The notes under the pieces: generated by a model
The model's database searches: none
What the model saw: the letters and a program-made list of their open reading frames with translations, nothing else
Told to the model about the DNA's origin: nothing
In this document: piece by piece, positions 52,202 through 63,430 of the stretch
Numbering within the stretch: the first letter of the stretch is position 1
Layout: every line of letters starts with the position of its first letter
From: Planctomycetota bacterium
Lineage (GTDB): Bacteria > Planctomycetota > SZUA-567 > H5-PLA8
Reading direction: 5' to 3'
DNA: 64,000 bases
Assembly (NCBI GenBank): GCA_038227875.1
Contig: JBBRPR010000017.1
Coordinates: 32,001 to 96,000, forward strand
Program-made: the position numbers and the translations under genes

Positions 52202-54634
52202 TCAGTCCGCGGTGCGGACGATGACGTGGCTGAGCGCGCAGGCGGCTTCGCGGGTGCGGAAGGTGAGCGTGCCTTTCAGCGCTGAAAGGCCGGCGACCTG
52301 GAGCGTCTGGGTTTTGCCGCCGACGGTGACGTTCAGTGTGTCGCCTTGGATCGCCACGTCGACGTGCGTCGCGGCGGGCTTCCACGCTTTGTCTTGGACG
52401 TTGGCCGCGTCGCCGATGTTGCTGTGCAGGGTCAATCCGCCGGCGTTGAAAATGGCGCTGACGGCGTGCTGCTCGTCGGGTCCGAATTCCACGGCGAAGA
52501 GAAAATTGTTCTGGGGCGCGGTCAGTTCGAAATCGAAACCGATGCGCAGATTCTTGCCGAGGATCGGGCCGCCCACGGCGTCGGCGCGGAGCGCAGTGTC
52601 GCCGCCTTCGGGGCTTTCCTGAACGTACTTGCCGTTCTGGATCGACCAGCTTCCCGAGAGCGCGTCCCAGTCGCTCTGATGCTGCCACTTGCTGAAGTCC
52701 CAGGCGTGGAGATTGCGCATTTCAAAAACGCTGCCGGCGATCGCGGCGGCGGCGGTCGCCTGGCCGGGGTCCTGCAGCGCGGCGTCGAGTTCCTTGCGCG
52801 CGGCGTCCTTGCGGTCCAGCGCCAGCCAGAGGTAGGCCTGGTCGAGATGCCGGCCGCCGAGGTCGAGGCTGTCGAGCAGCTTGGCGAAATCGGTGGGGTC
52901 GATGTTCTTCAGCGAAACCATCAGTACGCCGCTGCTCATTTTCAGGTCCAGCGTCACGCCGCGGACTTTGGCGAGCACGCCTTCGAGCTTCTTGGAGACC
53001 ATATTGAAGACCGGCTCTTTGCCGCTGTCGGCGCGCTTCTGGCGCACGGCTTCCATCTTCTCCAGCAGCGTGTCGGCCATGATCGCTTCCAGCTGCATCG
53101 AGGCGATGACGGCGGCCCACTTGGTGCCGCCGAGTTCATCCAGGGCGCGGCCGAGCGTATCGGCGGCTTCGCGGAGCTTGCCGGCGTGCATTTCGCTCTG
53201 CGCCTGCGTCTGGTATTCGGAGAACTTCGGCTCGGTTTCAATGTCGATGTTGGAGAGGATCTCGCGCGCCTGCTGGCCGTACTTTCCGGACGGATCGGCG
53301 GCGATCAAGCGCGTGCAGCGCTGGGTGGCGACGTTGTATTTCTTGTCCGACGCGGCGCGTTTGGCGCCATCGAGAATGGGCTGCAGCGCGGCGTCGATCA
53401 GCGCCAGCGTGTCCTTCCATTCCTGACGCGCTTTCTTGCCGACTTCGCCTTCCGGATGGGCGGCGGCGAAGGACTGAATTCCCGAGCGCGCGCCAGGATA
53501 GTTACCGGCGGCCAGAGCCTTGTCCCGGTCGGCGAGCGCTTTGGTGAGCAGATCCTGGACGGCCGGATCGGGGGTTTTGGGCGTTGTCTGCGTCTGCGTG
53601 GCCGGAACTGTGGGCACGTCCGGCGGCAAACTCGGTGGAGTGGGCGGAATGTTTGTCTGTTGCGTGTTCGTCTGTTGCGTGTTCGCTGGCGCGATGGGCG
53701 GTAGCACGGCCGGTCCAGGATCGCTGGTCTGAGTGCCGGGTAATGGCGGGGGCATGTCCGTTGGATTTTTTGAGGAATCGCCGGGACTTACCAATCCTAC
53801 TTTGTGGGCCAGTTTCCAATCGCGTTCATACGAGACGACGGCGTACACCGTGATGATGAAGATGACGAGCGCCGCGATGCGGATGCCGGTGCCGATCATC
53901 TTGTTGAACTGGCGCTGCTCGGCGGCTTCGCGGCGGAGGCGGGCGGTCTTGTTGGCCTCCGTCTCGACTTCGCCATCCTCGTGTTCTTCGTGATCTTCCT
54001 CGTGCTGTTCGTCGTGCGCGTCTTCATGAGCCTCTTCGTCGTGCTCGGGTTCCGGTTCGGCGGCGACAGCGGCCTTGCGCTTGGAGACGCGCGGTTCTTC
54101 AGCGACCGCGGCCGGCGAAGCGGCGCGGCGCTTGGATTCGGTGGACTTCTCCAGGCGCGCGGACTTGGCGGGCTTTTCCGCCTTCTCCACCTTTTCGAGC
54201 GTCTCCGGTGTATCGGCTCTCTTCTTCTTCTCGATGCGTATGGTATTCGGCGAGGCTGGAGCCGGTTCGTCGGGGAGGACGATCTCCTCGTCGTCCTCGT
54301 CTTCGTCATCGACGGCCGGCAATTCCATGGTCCGGTCGAGGTGTTTCTCCTCGTCCTGGAAAACGATTTTGGTTTTGCCAATCTTGATCGTGTCGCCGTC
54401 CCTCAGGACGTAGAGCGCTTTGATCCTGTGGCCGTTGACTCGGGTGCCGTTGGAACTGCCCAAGTCTTCGAGCGTGACGCGGCCTTTTTCGGGTTTGACT
54501 TTGCAGTGTGTGCGGGAGGCTTTGTCTTCGTTGACGCGGATGTCGTTTTCTTTGTTGCGGCCAATGACCATTTCTTTCGTAATCGGGAATTCCGCCTGGA
54601 CGCCATCAGCAGAGGTGACTACGAATTTGACCAT
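52202..54634 (-). CDS. FHA-domain membrane protein
   Basis: IGRNKENDI...ASRTHC...LEDLGSSNGTRVNG...DGDTIKIG FHA; acidic linker; one TM; Pro/Thr linker; extracytoplasmic region. Confidence 0.88.
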   Translation of the reverse strand: MVKFVVTSADGVQAEFPITKEMVIGRNKENDIRVNEDKASRTHCKVKPEKGRVTLEDLGSSNGTRVNGHRIKALYVLRDGDTIKIGKTKIVFQDEEKHLDRTMELPAVDDEDEDDEEIVLPDEPAPASPNTIRIEKKKRADTPETLEKVEKAEKPAKSARLEKSTESKRRAASPAAVAEEPRVSKRKAAVAAEPEPEHDEEAHEDAHDEQHEEDHEEHEDGEVETEANKTARLRREAAEQRQFNKMIGTGIRIAALVIFIITVYAVVSYERDWKLAHKVGLVSPGDSSKNPTDMPPPLPGTQTSDPGPAVLPPIAPANTQQTNTQQTNIPPTPPSLPPDVPTVPATQTQTTPKTPDPAVQDLLTKALADRDKALAAGNYPGARSGIQSFAAAHPEGEVGKKARQEWKDTLALIDAALQPILDGAKRAASDKKYNVATQRCTRLIAADPSGKYGQQAREILSNIDIETEPKFSEYQTQAQSEMHAGKLREAADTLGRALDELGGTKWAAVIASMQLEAIMADTLLEKMEAVRQKRADSGKEPVFNMVSKKLEGVLAKVRGVTLDLKMSSGVLMVSLKNIDPTDFAKLLDSLDLGGRHLDQAYLWLALDRKDAARKELDAALQDPGQATAAAAIAGSVFEMRNLHAWDFSKWQHQSDWDALSGSWSIQNGKYVQESPEGGDTALRADAVGGPILGKNLRIGFDFELTAPQNNFLFAVEFGPDEQHAVSAIFNAGGLTLHSNIGDAANVQDKAWKPAATHVDVAIQGDTLNVTVGGKTQTLQVAGLSALKGTLTFRTREAACALSHVIVRTAD

Positions 54635-54816
54635 GGTGAAAGGGAGCCCTTTTGTGAATGTCAGACATGACTGTAAAAGAGGATGAGGAATTTGCAATTT
54701 TGAATTTGCTTCATTGGTGCGATCCCATGCGAGCTGTGCCATTTAAGTTGCGCAGGTGCACGGCTGCGCATAACGTTTGTAACAGTGAGGTGACGTTGCC
54801 CGCGGGGAGAACTCAG

Positions 54817-55641
54817 TTGAAATTGCGTCTATTTTGTCTTTTACCGCTATTCGTTTCATTGGTGCTGAGCGCGGCTGACACTGCGCCGGGTCAGGATGCT
54901 CCGAAAACGGAGACGGCCGCGACGACTTCCAGCGAGACGCAGGCCGTTCCGGCGGACGCGGCCAGCGCACTCAAGCCGACTGAATTCAAGGACACTGACG
55001 CGGGTTACGTGGTGACGATTCCGGCGGGATACTCCCGGCTGTCCGACGATCGCGTGCGCATGGCGTTCAAAGGCGCCAGCAGTTACCTGGGCAAGGATGT
55101 CAGCGAGCGGGCGCTGGTGAAGCCGCCGGCTTGCTTTCAGGGTCCGGTCGATCCACTTCATCCAAAAACATTGCCGCCAGGATTGGCGATTGGTTTTTCG
55201 GCGCTCTCGGCACCCGTCGACCCGGCGCAGATGAGCAAATACAAAGAAGACTACGAACAGGAATTGAAGAAGTCCGGCGAAAGCGCGGGCGATGTTTTCG
55301 TGGACGTGGTGAGCGTTAATGGCATTCCCTCGCTGCGCATCGAACACGATATTTTCAGCCCGATCGACAACACGCGCAGCAGGATGATTAAGTTGTCCGT
55401 GCCGGGACAGCAGCGACGCTACGACATTGTGTTCAGCTTTTTCAATGACCAGGCGCCGCAGGTAAAGGACGCGATGGACGTGGTGATGAAATCGTTCGCC
55501 ACCACAGAGATCGCCGATCCCAACGCGGGCCGTTGGATGCGCGTGGCGCTGTGGACCGTGGGAGGACTGGTGGCCGGCGTGTTGCTCGGCGCCTTGCTGG
55601 GCGCATTGGCCGGAAAAAAGACGACGCCCGCCAACGCGTGA
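54817..55641 (+). CDS. Hypothetical exported protein with C-terminal TM anchor
   Basis: TTG start after GGGGAG; signal peptide; C-terminal hydrophobic helix followed by KK. Confidence 0.7.
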   Translation: MKLRLFCLLPLFVSLVLSAADTAPGQDAPKTETAATTSSETQAVPADAASALKPTEFKDTDAGYVVTIPAGYSRLSDDRVRMAFKGASSYLGKDVSERALVKPPACFQGPVDPLHPKTLPPGLAIGFSALSAPVDPAQMSKYKEDYEQELKKSGESAGDVFVDVVSVNGIPSLRIEHDIFSPIDNTRSRMIKLSVPGQQRRYDIVFSFFNDQAPQVKDAMDVVMKSFATTEIADPNAGRWMRVALWTVGGLVAGVLLGALLGALAGKKTTPANA

Positions 55642-55652
55642 GCAAAGCAACC

Positions 55653-56546
55653 ATGCCGACTTTGCCGCGGATGATGATGCCGGAACTCTCGCATCCCACC
55701 GGATTCGGAATGGCGGTGTACCCCGCCGGCGCGGAATTCGGCCCGCGCGTGATGCGTGATTACGAATTCGTCTGGCTGATCGAAGGCGACGCCGAATACC
55801 GTTGGGGCAGCACGACCGTCGCCGCGCCGGAAGGCTCAATCGTGCTCTGCCGCCCGGGCGCGACCGATGCCTTCCGCTGGGATCCGGTGAAGCGGACCCG
55901 GCATGGCTTCTATCATTTTCAAATCACAGCGCTGCCCCCGGATTTCCCACCGGAAAACACGTGGCCGCTGGTGCGCGTCCCGGAAGAAGGCGACACCTTG
56001 CGCCCGCTCTTCAGTCATCTGCTGGCCTGGGTGGGGCAGGGAAACGCGTTGCTGACGCGTCTGACGATGGCGCACATGCTCACGGCCTTTGTCTCCGGCG
56101 AAACGAGCACCGGCGAAATTCCGCGGGACGCGCTGCATCAGGCGGTGCAGCGCGCCTGGACGTTCATCGATGAAACGCTGGAAGAGGACCCCGGCGCGCG
56201 GATCACGCTGGGCGACATGGCCAAGGCGGCGTGCGTGACGCCGGAACATCTCTGCCGCTTGTTCAAAGCGGCTACAGGGCGATCACCGGTGGAGACGCTG
56301 CGGCTGGCGCGGCTGGACCGCGCGGCGCTGCTATTGGCGAGGAGCAACTACGGCGTGGGCGAGATCGCGCATCAATGCGGCTTCGCCAACCCGTTCCATT
56401 TTTCGCGGCAGTTCAAAAGCGCGTACGGACAGTCGCCGCGACAGATGCGCGACGCGATCAAAGCCGGCGCAGTGCCGCCGATCTCGAGGTTAGTGCAGCT
56501 GTTTCAGAACCGGGAAGGCGCGCGGAAACTGGGACGGGTGCGGTAA
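55653..56546 (+). CDS. AraC-family transcriptional regulator
   Basis: FGPRVMRDYEFVW cupin; VTPEHLCRLFK; CGFANPFHFSRQFK. Confidence 0.92.
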   Translation: MPTLPRMMMPELSHPTGFGMAVYPAGAEFGPRVMRDYEFVWLIEGDAEYRWGSTTVAAPEGSIVLCRPGATDAFRWDPVKRTRHGFYHFQITALPPDFPPENTWPLVRVPEEGDTLRPLFSHLLAWVGQGNALLTRLTMAHMLTAFVSGETSTGEIPRDALHQAVQRAWTFIDETLEEDPGARITLGDMAKAACVTPEHLCRLFKAATGRSPVETLRLARLDRAALLLARSNYGVGEIAHQCGFANPFHFSRQFKSAYGQSPRQMRDAIKAGAVPPISRLVQLFQNREGARKLGRVR

Positions 56547-56964
56547 CAGGAATTCGCGCATCCGTGGCACCACGGCTCAATTGCTATTTCTTCTTCGGCG
56601 GATTTTGTTTGGCTTTGTTCAGGCGATCGATCGTCCGCTTGCGGCGCTGCATGGCGGAGATCTTGGATTGCTTGGCGTGTTCGCTCTCACCTGAAAACAA
56701 CATCAGCAATAATCGGATCAGCATTCTGTATCCCTTTATAGCTCGTGTACAAATAGCCAATGATGTAAACGAGGGCCGATGATACTTGGCAGTGGCCGTC
56801 AATCAATATATGTCTTTGCTCTTTTATCCAGCGCTCCCGTTTCTTGCACCGCCGCCATTCGCCTGCGGAATGGAAAATGGGAAATCGAAAATGGAAACTG
56901 GAAAATGGCAGTCCCACTTTTCTACTTCACAGCGTAGCACAAATCATCATACTGTGACGCCATC

Positions 56965-57858
56965 ATGCTTCAACAACGGTTGCTCGCCGGATCCATCATG
57001 ATCGCGGCACTTATCGGTGTACTCTGCCTCGACTACTACGTCTTGCACGACAGCCAACTACTGCACGTCCTGTTTCTAGGCGGGGTGTGCATGAGCATGC
57101 TCGAGTTCTGGAAAATGTGCCGCGCCACAGGGCATCAGACCTTCTCGGTCTGGGGGACGTTCTGCGGCTGCGCTCTGGTGGCGGTTCATTACGTCTGTGT
57201 GCATCAACCTCAAGACAATGCACAAGCGCAGCAGTTCTCGGCGAATCTTTTCAACGGCTCGATCGCACTGGCGATTCTTGGCGCGTTCATTCTCGCGGCC
57301 AAGCGGCATCAGTTCGAAGCTTCGCTCGGCGCGCTGGCGGTGACCTGCCTGGGGCTGCTCTATATCTTTTTCTTACCATCTTTCGTCCTGACGCTCCGCC
57401 ATTTAAGCCCATCGGGGCTGGTGGGCGGGGAAGGCTGGCGGGAATTCGGTCATAAGATGGTTGTAGCGACGATAGTTCTGGCCAAAGGATGCGACGTTTG
57501 GGCGTTTCTTATTGGGAAAATGTTAGGGAAACACAAAGCATTTCCTCAACTCTCCCCCGGAAAAACCATTGAGGGCCTTGCGGCAGGCCTGATCGGCAGT
57601 GTCCTCACGGCACTGTTCTTACATTGGGCACCGATCGGAATTCTGACTCACTTCAGTATTACAAAGACTTGCGTGATCGGATTTTGCATCGGTTTTGCGG
57701 GCATCATGGGCGACCTGTCCGAGAGTCTCCTGAAACGAAGTGCAGGGGCCAAGGACGCAGGCATGGTGATCCCCGGTTTCGGGGGTGCCATGGACGTCGT
57801 CGACAGCTTAATGGTAGCCGGACCCGTTGCCTATTTCCTAATTCAGGCTATGCTATAG
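56965..57858 (+). CDS. cdsA: Phosphatidate cytidylyltransferase
   Basis: SPGKTIEG and GDLSESLLKRSAGAKDAG..IPGFGGAMDVVDS signature; multiple TM helices. Confidence 0.95.
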   Translation: MLQQRLLAGSIMIAALIGVLCLDYYVLHDSQLLHVLFLGGVCMSMLEFWKMCRATGHQTFSVWGTFCGCALVAVHYVCVHQPQDNAQAQQFSANLFNGSIALAILGAFILAAKRHQFEASLGALAVTCLGLLYIFFLPSFVLTLRHLSPSGLVGGEGWREFGHKMVVATIVLAKGCDVWAFLIGKMLGKHKAFPQLSPGKTIEGLAAGLIGSVLTALFLHWAPIGILTHFSITKTCVIGFCIGFAGIMGDLSESLLKRSAGAKDAGMVIPGFGGAMDVVDSLMVAGPVAYFLIQAML

Positions 57859-57949
57859 GGGTCGTTTTCAGCTGTTGGCTGTGGGCTCTTCAGGAGCGTA
57901 GCCAATGTGTTGCGCTCCTCTTGCTATTGGAAGCCCAGAGTCAGGACTG

Positions 57950-59020
57950 ATGCGAAAGACCATTGAACTCGAAGATCAGGAGACGACTCGCACTCTGCTG
58001 GGCGTCGGCGACTGCAACCTCCGGCGCGTCAAAGAAGCCTTGGGCGTCGATATCTTCGCACGCAACGAGATGCTCCATCTTGAGGGCACCGACGACTCGG
58101 TGGACCGCGGTGTCCGGGCGTTTTTAGGGATGCTCCGCATCATCCGCAAGAGCCAGCATTTGGAATCCCGCGATGTGGACCGCATTCTTGATTCGGTCAC
58201 CGGGGAGGACGATACGCCCGATCCCAGCCACATGAACCACAATCAGCACCACAACCAGAATCGACACGGCCGCCATGCGCGTTCGCACGGTCCGCAGGAT
58301 CCCCATTACGGAACTCAAGGGCAGAACGTGACGCAGGAAGCGCATGCGCCGTCGGGCAATCAGGAAGAACGCGCCCTGGCCGGCCGCGTTCGCGCGATGA
58401 CGACCGGGCAGGAGAAGTACCTCGCGGCGATCAAGAAGCACGACATTGTCTTCGCCATCGGTCCGGCGGGCTCGGGCAAGACTTATCTGGCCGTGGCCAG
58501 TGCGATTGAAGCTCTGTCGCGCAATGAAGTGAACCGCATCGTCCTCGTCCGCCCGGCCGTCGAAGCCGGCGAGCGCCTGGGCTTTCTGCCGGGCGATCTG
58601 GCGGAGAAGGTCAATCCCTACCTGCGCCCGCTGTATGATGCGCTTCACGACATGCTCAACCCGAATCAGGTCGCGCGCTACATCGAGCGGGGCGTGATCG
58701 AAATCGCGCCGCTGGCGTTCATGCGCGGCCGAACCTTGAACAATGCTTTTGTGATCCTCGACGAAGCACAGAACACCACGCCCAAGCAGATGAAGATGTT
58801 CCTGACGCGCCTGGGCCGCGACGCGCGCGCGGTGGTGACTGGCGACGTGACACAGGTCGACTTGCCCGATGGCGATCTCTCCGGGCTGGCGCACGCGCGG
58901 GAAGTGCTGCGCGCGGTGGACGGCGTGGAGTTTGTGAAGCTCGACCGGCAGGACATTGTCCGCCACCCGCTGGTACAGCGCATCGTCGACGCCTATGACG
59001 AAAGTGAAGGCTTGAATTGA
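57950..59020 (+). CDS. phoH: PhoH-family ATPase (YbeZ-like)
   Basis: [51 protein letters not shown]. Confidence 0.95.
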   Translation: MRKTIELEDQETTRTLLGVGDCNLRRVKEALGVDIFARNEMLHLEGTDDSVDRGVRAFLGMLRIIRKSQHLESRDVDRILDSVTGEDDTPDPSHMNHNQHHNQNRHGRHARSHGPQDPHYGTQGQNVTQEAHAPSGNQEERALAGRVRAMTTGQEKYLAAIKKHDIVFAIGPAGSGKTYLAVASAIEALSRNEVNRIVLVRPAVEAGERLGFLPGDLAEKVNPYLRPLYDALHDMLNPNQVARYIERGVIEIAPLAFMRGRTLNNAFVILDEAQNTTPKQMKMFLTRLGRDARAVVTGDVTQVDLPDGDLSGLAHAREVLRAVDGVEFVKLDRQDIVRHPLVQRIVDAYDESEGLN

Positions 59021-61497
59021 AACGCGGTACGGCCAAGAAGCTGCGCGACCGCGACGATCACAATCGCAGCGCGGCGTTCACCGAAGAGAGCATCGGCCCG
59101 CTGGGCGTGATCTTCTCGTTGATCCTGATCGCAATGACTGTGGCGATCCTGGACTACGGCGTGCCGCCGCCGCCCCACGCGCTGAATTCCCGCGCTGATA
59201 ACGATGTCAAAGCGCGCCTGGATTTCCGCTACAACGATCCCGACGAGCTCAACCGACTGCGTGACGAAGCCATTCAGCGCGCGCCGCGTGTTTATGTGGA
59301 AGACCCGGCGTGGGTTGATAACACGCTGCACCCCTTAAGTGAGTTGATGTCGATCGTCGATGTTGCCAGCAGCGCCGCCGACGCGCGCGAACGCGCCAAC
59401 CGCTTTCCGTCCGATCTCGCACTGATCGAAGAACTTTACAAGTACAACGAAGAGCACGGCGCGCACCGCAAGAGCTTCCTGGCCAGTACCCTTCTGGAGT
59501 ACATCCGCTCGCGCTTGAAATCGATCTCCGAAACCGGCGTGCTGACTGACGAGAATCTGAAATTCGAACGCAACAAGCAGGGCGAACTGCGCGAGATCAT
59601 TCGTCTGACGCCGTCCGCGGCAAAAGCCGGTCCCGCGCCTTTGCCGCGCGCCAATGAGCCGCGCCCGCGCATCCTCGTGGAGCAGCTCCGCGACATTCAA
59701 TCCGCGCGCGAAACGCTGGAAAACGGCGCCTGGCGCAGCGGCTTGCCTGGCGATTTGAAATTCCAGCTCTCGAATTATTTCTCCAGCAAGCTCACCGCCA
59801 ACCTGCAGCTCGATGAAACGCAGACCGACTTTGAACGTGAACGGGCGCGCGATTCGGTGGGCAGCGGCGAGATTCTCGTCCACCGCAACGATTCGATTTT
59901 GGTCAAAGGCCAGACAATCACCAAGTCGAAGTTCGACAAGCTTCATGAAGAGTACCGCGCGTACAAACAGAGTCTGCCGTTGAGCGACCGGATCCGTCAC
60001 ATCACGGGTTTGGCGACGCTGGCGTTTGGCGTGTTGATGTGCTTCCTCTTCGCCGCCAGCCGCTTGCAGGAGTACGTTTTCAAGCGGCGCCAGGCGCTGG
60101 TGATGCTGGGCCTGCTCTCGATGTCGATCCTGCTCATCACCAAGCTTTACCTGCTGGCGGGCTTGAGCATTGCCCTCGCGCCGCTGGTGTTTCTGGGCAT
60201 GGTCGCGTCGATTGCTTTCGGCCAATCCATTGCAGTATTGACGCTCTTTGGCGTCACCGTGCTTATTATGTTCTCGGGCATCGTGTGGGAAGCGTCGCCG
60301 ATTGAAGTGGGCGTGCCGGCGCTGCCGCTGGCGATGCTCGTCGGCGCCATCGCGGCCGCGCTGCCCGCGCAGAGCTTGCAGGACCGCTGGGATCTGTTGC
60401 GCTACGGCGCGGTCGGCGGCGTGGTGCAGTTTGTGCTCACCGCCGGACTTTCGCTGCTGGGCACCGGCGTGGGCGTTCCGTCCCTTCCCGATGCGGCCAT
60501 TGTGGGCATCAATGGTCCGATCTGCGGACTGCTCGTGCTGGGTTCACTGCCGCTGATCGAATCTCTCGTCGGCATCCTCACCAACATCCGCCTCTTTGAA
60601 CTCTCCGACATGAATCAGCCCGCGCTGCGCCGCTTGCAGCTCGAAGCCCCCGGCACATTCGCGCACACGCTGCAGGTGCGCTTCCTGGCCGAGCCGGCGT
60701 CCGATGCCATCGGCGCCAATACGCGACTGGTCAGTGCCGGCGTGCTCTATCACGACCTGGGCAAGACGCTTAAGCCGGAGTACTTCGTCGAGAACCAGAT
60801 GGACGCGGAAAATCTGCACCGCCGGTTGCGTCCGTCCGTGAGCGCGCTGTTGATCACCGCGCACGTCAAGGATGGCATCGATCTGGCCAAGGAATACAAG
60901 CTCCCGCAGCAGATCATCGATTTCATTCCCGAACACCACGGCACGACGCTGGTGAGCTACTTCTTCCACACAGCCAAGAAGAGCGCCGAAGCGGAAGCCG
61001 TGGCGACCGGCCACGACAACGGTGCGGCCCAGGCGGTGGAAGAATCGTTCTTCCGCTATCCCGGCCCGCGTCCGCGCAGCCGCGAAACGGGCATCGTCAT
61101 GCTCGCCGACACCGTCGAAGCCGCGTCACGCACGCTCTCAAGCCCCAGCGCCGCGCGTCTGCAGACGTTCGTTCACGAACTGATCATGGACAAGATGCTC
61201 GACAACCAGCTCGACGAATGCGAACTGACGTTCGCCGATCTCTCCGCGATCGAAGACGCCTTCGTGCGCGTGCTGGTGACGCGCTTCCACAGCCGCATCC
61301 GCTACCCGGGCCAGCTGCCGGAAGAGGGCGTGCCGCAGGAAGCGACAGGCAAGACGACGATTATCGAATCCCCGCCGCCCGGCACGATTACGCCCAAGCC
61401 GTCGGTTGTGGAGTCGAGCACACGGAACAAGGCATTGACGGAGACGCGCTTCATGGCGCGAAAAGAAACGGGTAAAGGTTCAGGACGAGAAGCTTAA
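59017..61497 (+). CDS. 7TM-HD family phosphohydrolase (PgpH/YqfF-like)
   Basis: Extracytoplasmic domain + multiple TM + [42 protein letters not shown]. Confidence 0.92.
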   Translation: MKRGTAKKLRDRDDHNRSAAFTEESIGPLGVIFSLILIAMTVAILDYGVPPPPHALNSRADNDVKARLDFRYNDPDELNRLRDEAIQRAPRVYVEDPAWVDNTLHPLSELMSIVDVASSAADARERANRFPSDLALIEELYKYNEEHGAHRKSFLASTLLEYIRSRLKSISETGVLTDENLKFERNKQGELREIIRLTPSAAKAGPAPLPRANEPRPRILVEQLRDIQSARETLENGAWRSGLPGDLKFQLSNYFSSKLTANLQLDETQTDFERERARDSVGSGEILVHRNDSILVKGQTITKSKFDKLHEEYRAYKQSLPLSDRIRHITGLATLAFGVLMCFLFAASRLQEYVFKRRQALVMLGLLSMSILLITKLYLLAGLSIALAPLVFLGMVASIAFGQSIAVLTLFGVTVLIMFSGIVWEASPIEVGVPALPLAMLVGAIAAALPAQSLQDRWDLLRYGAVGGVVQFVLTAGLSLLGTGVGVPSLPDAAIVGINGPICGLLVLGSLPLIESLVGILTNIRLFELSDMNQPALRRLQLEAPGTFAHTLQVRFLAEPASDAIGANTRLVSAGVLYHDLGKTLKPEYFVENQMDAENLHRRLRPSVSALLITAHVKDGIDLAKEYKLPQQIIDFIPEHHGTTLVSYFFHTAKKSAEAEAVATGHDNGAAQAVEESFFRYPGPRPRSRETGIVMLADTVEAASRTLSSPSAARLQTFVHELIMDKMLDNQLDECELTFADLSAIEDAFVRVLVTRFHSRIRYPGQLPEEGVPQEATGKTTIIESPPPGTITPKPSVVESSTRNKALTETRFMARKETGKGSGREA

Positions 61498-61601
61498 AGC
61501 AGACCGATGATTTTAGTTGAGAGTTTTTAGTTCTATCCGCTCAATACCGGCGTAGAACTGGAGCTTGAGACTGAGATCTGTTGTTACGAAGGAAGATCGT
61601 C

Positions 61602-62105
61602 ATGCGAAAAAAGACGACACACCACGCTCTGCCCGGCGACCTGCCGGTGTTCGATGTGATGCTCGTGCGGCGCACCGGCTCGCCGGCGCGGCCGGGCAAG
61701 GACAAACTCGTGGCGCTGTTCGAGCGCACGTGGAAGCTGCTCCCCGCCAGCCGCCGGCCGGATCGCCAGGGCCTCAAGCGCGTGGCCGTCGACGTCCTCG
61801 TGGTCGACGACGCCGAAATCGAAAAGCTCAACGCCGCGCATTTGAAGGAACGCGGACCGACGGACGTGCTTTCGTTTCCGATGGGCGAGACGGATTTTGA
61901 ACGCGACGCGTTCCACCTCGGCGAGATTGTGGTCAGCTACGATACCGCCGCCCGCGAAGCGAAATCCCGCAGCCTGACGCTGGAGAACGAACTGGCGCGC
62001 TACTGCGTCCACGGCTTTTTGCATCTCCTCGGCTACGAAGACGCGACGTCGACGCAGCAGAAGGAGATGTTTGAGATTCAGGAAAAGAGCTTGGCCGCGG
62101 AGTAA
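61602..62105 (+). CDS. ybeY: rRNA maturation endoribonuclease YbeY
   Basis: PTDVLSFP, LGEIVVS, VHGFLHLLGYED. Confidence 0.92.
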   Translation: MRKKTTHHALPGDLPVFDVMLVRRTGSPARPGKDKLVALFERTWKLLPASRRPDRQGLKRVAVDVLVVDDAEIEKLNAAHLKERGPTDVLSFPMGETDFERDAFHLGEIVVSYDTAAREAKSRSLTLENELARYCVHGFLHLLGYEDATSTQQKEMFEIQEKSLAAE

Positions 62106-62119
62106 TGGCGGCATCGCGA

Positions 62120-62208
62120 TGTCGCCCCTGCCGGGGCTTATAAATTTCTAAATCTGCTACTACCCACGGCTCACGCCGTGGGCTACTTTATTTCGCCACT
62201 CCGTGGCT
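62120..62208. repeat. REP-like composite palindromic element
   Basis: GCCCC-TGCC-GGGGC, CCCACGGC-TCAC-GCCGTGGG and GCCAC-TCC-GTGGC hairpins in series. Confidence 0.65.
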
Positions 62209-62256
62209 TACGGACTACGCCACAGTACGAAATAATGCTGAGAACTCGATGTATCC

Positions 62257-63108
62257 ATGCCAACGCTCAAAGACAACGTCCAAGTTCTCTCCGTGATCGA
62301 GCAAGGCAACACCAGTCTCGTGCTGGTGATGCTGGGCGAACACGTCGGGCAGATTCATGTTCATGCCAAAGGCGGGCGGCGCTGGCCGAAAAAAGGGTTT
62401 GAAGGCGGCATGGATCTGCTGACCCGCGGCGAGATCGTCGTCTATCCCCGCCCCGGCGAGATGCTCTGGCTGCTCAAGGAATGGAACGAGCAGTCGCGCC
62501 CGCGCTTGGGGCGCACCGTGCCGATGCTTTACGCTGCCAGTTTCCTAAGCGAGCTCACGCAAGCGCTGACGCGGTCGACGACGGGGCAGTCGCCGGAACA
62601 TGCGCACGCTCACGGCCACGGCGCGAACGGCGCGGCCAAGCTCTACCATTTGCTGGCCGCTACTACAGACGCCATCGCCGCCGGAGCGTCGCCGGGGCCG
62701 GTGATCCTCGCCTTCACGCTGCGCGCGCTGGAAAGCGAAGGCTTTCTGCCCTCGCTGAAATCCTGCGACGAATGCGGTCGCGATCTTGCCAAATTGTCCA
62801 CGCCTGCCTGGCTGACGCGCGCCGGACTGATCTGCGCGACCTGCGCTCTGGAAGCGACGCGCGCGATGGGCAAGAGCGGCAATCCCGGCAACGACATCGG
62901 CCTGCGGCTCACCCCCGACGTGCTGCGCGCGCTGATCCACATTCACGCCACCGGACTTCCCGTAAGTTTAAGCCCCACCGGTGCCGACCAACTCGCCCGC
63001 GCGCTGGTCGTGCTGATTCACAGCGCGCTGGAACATGACCTGCGCACGCTGCCGGCCGCCGTGCGAATGGTGCGCAGCATGGGCGGGCGGGCGAAGAAGA
63101 AACCGTGA
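62257..63108 (+). CDS. recO: DNA repair protein RecO
   Basis: N-terminal OB-like G.I...AKGGRR, LYAASFLSEL, LESEGFLPSL..CDECG...GLICATC zinc finger; position after ybeY. Confidence 0.85.
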   Translation: MPTLKDNVQVLSVIEQGNTSLVLVMLGEHVGQIHVHAKGGRRWPKKGFEGGMDLLTRGEIVVYPRPGEMLWLLKEWNEQSRPRLGRTVPMLYAASFLSELTQALTRSTTGQSPEHAHAHGHGANGAAKLYHLLAATTDAIAAGASPGPVILAFTLRALESEGFLPSLKSCDECGRDLAKLSTPAWLTRAGLICATCALEATRAMGKSGNPGNDIGLRLTPDVLRALIHIHATGLPVSLSPTGADQLARALVVLIHSALEHDLRTLPAAVRMVRSMGGRAKKKP

Positions 63109-63430
63109 CTTTCCATTTTCCATTGCACGGCCGTCGCGAAGTCATTGTGCATCGGCCGAGCGGACCGTTCCGATGGAAAATGGGAAATGGAAAATGACCG
63201 ATGGAAAATGCTTTTGAAGCCCGTCTTCCGGACACGGTCTATTCCCTAATACCCGGTCCGACTTCGGCCGATACACCTGGGGCAGCCCTCGAAAGGATTT
63301 TTGGCCGACGCCGTGATACGCCTCTACAGCCAGGCGTTTCACGGACCCTCAGGCGGAAAGACGCTTTTAACGGGCTGCCAGGGGCTTAATTCGATTGCGT
63401 TCACACGTCACTAAGTTAAAGATATTGCCT

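Noticed and set aside
62009..62045. YbeY inactive because the third His of HGxLHLxGYDH is replaced (GYED)
   Set aside because: Asp at this position is, to my knowledge, common in YbeY of several phyla; not evidence of a pseudogene
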